Part shown: piece after piece, positions 62,346 to 64,000 of the stretch
Layout of the letters: every line of letters starts with the position of its first letter
Position numbering within the stretch: position 1 is the first letter of the stretch
The notes under the pieces: generated by a model
What the model saw: the letters and a program-made list of their open reading frames with translations, nothing else
Told to the model about the DNA's origin: nothing
Database searches by the model: none
Program-made: the position numbers and the translations under genes
NCBI RefSeq assembly: GCF_006345805.1
Contig: NC_043010.1
Location: forward strand, 9,982,001-10,046,000
Reading direction: 5' to 3'
From: Octopus sinensis
Taxonomy: Eukaryota
Length of the DNA stretch: 64,000 bases

Positions 62346-62717
62346 TTGCAAGATGCAACGAAAATTTTAGGAAAATAAAAATAAGAAATAAGTGTAAATT
62401 TTACCAGTGAGTGTGTTACATTATAAGGCACAAAAAGAAAATGACTCACCCCAGACACAGCAGAATATGCTTCAACACACGAACTCATATAAAGAATCTT
62501 GCAAACCAAATCCAAAAACCAAATATATATATATATATATATATACACTCACATACAGAGTTGCACAACAGGTGTGCATCCATAAAATAACACTTTTGCT
62601 GTAACATGTTCATATTGTTATTTTTGTATGTAAATGTGATAAATGTTCATAAAATGATGATTATTTTTATTTTAGAATCATGTCAGAATATTTTTAAATA
62701 TTAATTTTGTCAATTGG

Positions 62718-63062
62718 GGGCCGATGCCAGCACTGCCTCGACTGGCTTCTGTGCCGGTGGCACATAAAAAGCACCATCCGAGCGTGACCGATGCCAGCAC
62801 CTTAAAAGCACGTTAAAAGCACCAACCAATCGTGGCTGCTGCCAGACTCCCTTGGCACCTGTGCCGGTGGCACGTAAAAAGCACCCACTACACTCACGGA
62901 GTGGTTGGCGTTAGGAAGGGCATCCAGCTGTAGAAACACTGCCAGATTCAGACTGGAGCCTGGTGCAGCCTCCTGGATTCCCAGACCCTGGTCGAACCGT
63001 CTAACCCGTGCTAGCATGGAAAATGGACGTTAAACAATGATGATGATGATGATGATGATGAT
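62718..63062 (+). mobile_element. SINE-like family C
   Basis: Internal ggtggcacgtaaaaagcacc units and (GAT)n tail. Confidence 0.8.
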
Positions 63063-63167
63063 GTGGATTGGCAGACGGAGTGCTGTGTCTTGGCCCCCGA
63101 TGTCACCCAGACCTAACTTTCTTTGACTTTTTTCCTATGGGAGCATCTCAAATCCATTGTCTATATA

Positions 63168-63398
63168 TATTTCTTTACTACCCACAAGGGGCCAAACACA
63201 GAGGGGACAAACAAGGACAGACATAGGTATTAAGTCGATTACATCGACCCCAGTGTGTAACTGGTACTTAATTTATCGACCCCGGAAGGATGAAAAACAA
63301 AGTCGACCTCGGCGGAACTTGAACTCGGAATATAAGGACAGACAAAGTACGGCTACGCATTTCGCCCGGTGTGCTAACGTTTCTGCCAGCTCGCCGCC
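63168..63398 (-). mobile_element. SINE family B
   Basis: Full-length reverse match. Confidence 0.85.
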
Positions 63399-63589
63399 TT
63401 TATATCCATTGTCTGTATAACTCATCCAACATATGAGAATTCAGTGTGCAAAGATTGACACTGAAGTATTGAATAATGTACAAAATTCTCTTTGGTTTCA
63501 TATTCAGAAATCTAATGAATTTGAGGAAAATCAGTTTAAACAATTATTCTCAGGATTTTCACATCATCTTCTTTTTGTCATCATCATTA

Positions 63590-63885
63590 TCATCACCATC
63601 ATCATCACCATCATTGTCGTCATCATCATCATCATCATCACCATCATGTAATATCTGCCCTCAATGCTGGCATGAGTTGGATGGTCTGACAGGAACTGGC
63701 CAGGCAGGAGCCTGCACCAGACTTCTGTGTCTGTTTTGGCTGAGATTTTACAGCTGGATGCCCTTCCTAATACCAACCACCCAACAGAATGAACTGAGTG
63801 ATTTTTACGTGGTACAAGTACAGGTTAGGTCAGTTTGGCATGGTTTTTACAACTGGATGCCCTTCCAAATGCCAACCACTTGTGA
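63590..63885 (-). mobile_element. Diverged family C / RTE-tailed SINE
   Basis: ggatgcccttcctaataccaaccac motif twice; (cat)n tail near 63600. Confidence 0.65.
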
Positions 63886-64000
63886 GTTAATAGTTTTGTG
63901 ATAATGAATGTTATGTAGATAAAATAAAACATTACCATATCTCCTTTATAAACTGCTTTCCTCATGATTAGATTGTGCACAACTCTTGCACCACCTTGTG

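Overview
AT-rich, repeat-saturated eukaryotic DNA; the SINE families and microsatellite load are typical of octopus. No prokaryotic features, no CRISPR array, no intact rRNA or tRNA gene; one 100-N gap at 41281-41380. Most ORFs in the supplied track are microsatellite or SINE artefacts. Real content: (i) more than 30 tRNA-derived SINE copies from about five families; (ii) decayed retroelements (R4/Dong-like, RTE-like including one 5'-truncated copy with a 10-bp TSD, a Penelope-like RT/GIY-YIG remnant, a solo LTR) and Tc1/mariner remnants; (iii) a ~3.9-kb local duplication (50.4-54.35 kb vs 57.6-61.1 kb); (iv) a set of small, phase-compatible minus-strand candidate exons (48.8 to 9.5 kb) suggesting an unidentified host gene, picked by eye. 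Two findings stand out. First, hammerhead-ribozyme-bearing non-coding elements occur in three architectures: a 3 x 239-bp tandem array (43.9-44.6 kb, retrozyme-like, same strand as the putative host gene), two long palindromes with one hammerhead per arm (4.9-5.4 and 38.25-38.7 kb), and several solitary minimal or degenerate copies. Second, an 18-bp minisatellite repeats an in-frame 5' splice-site motif about 25 times while encoding KGKARS hexapeptides. All structures were folded by eye; nothing was computed or searched.
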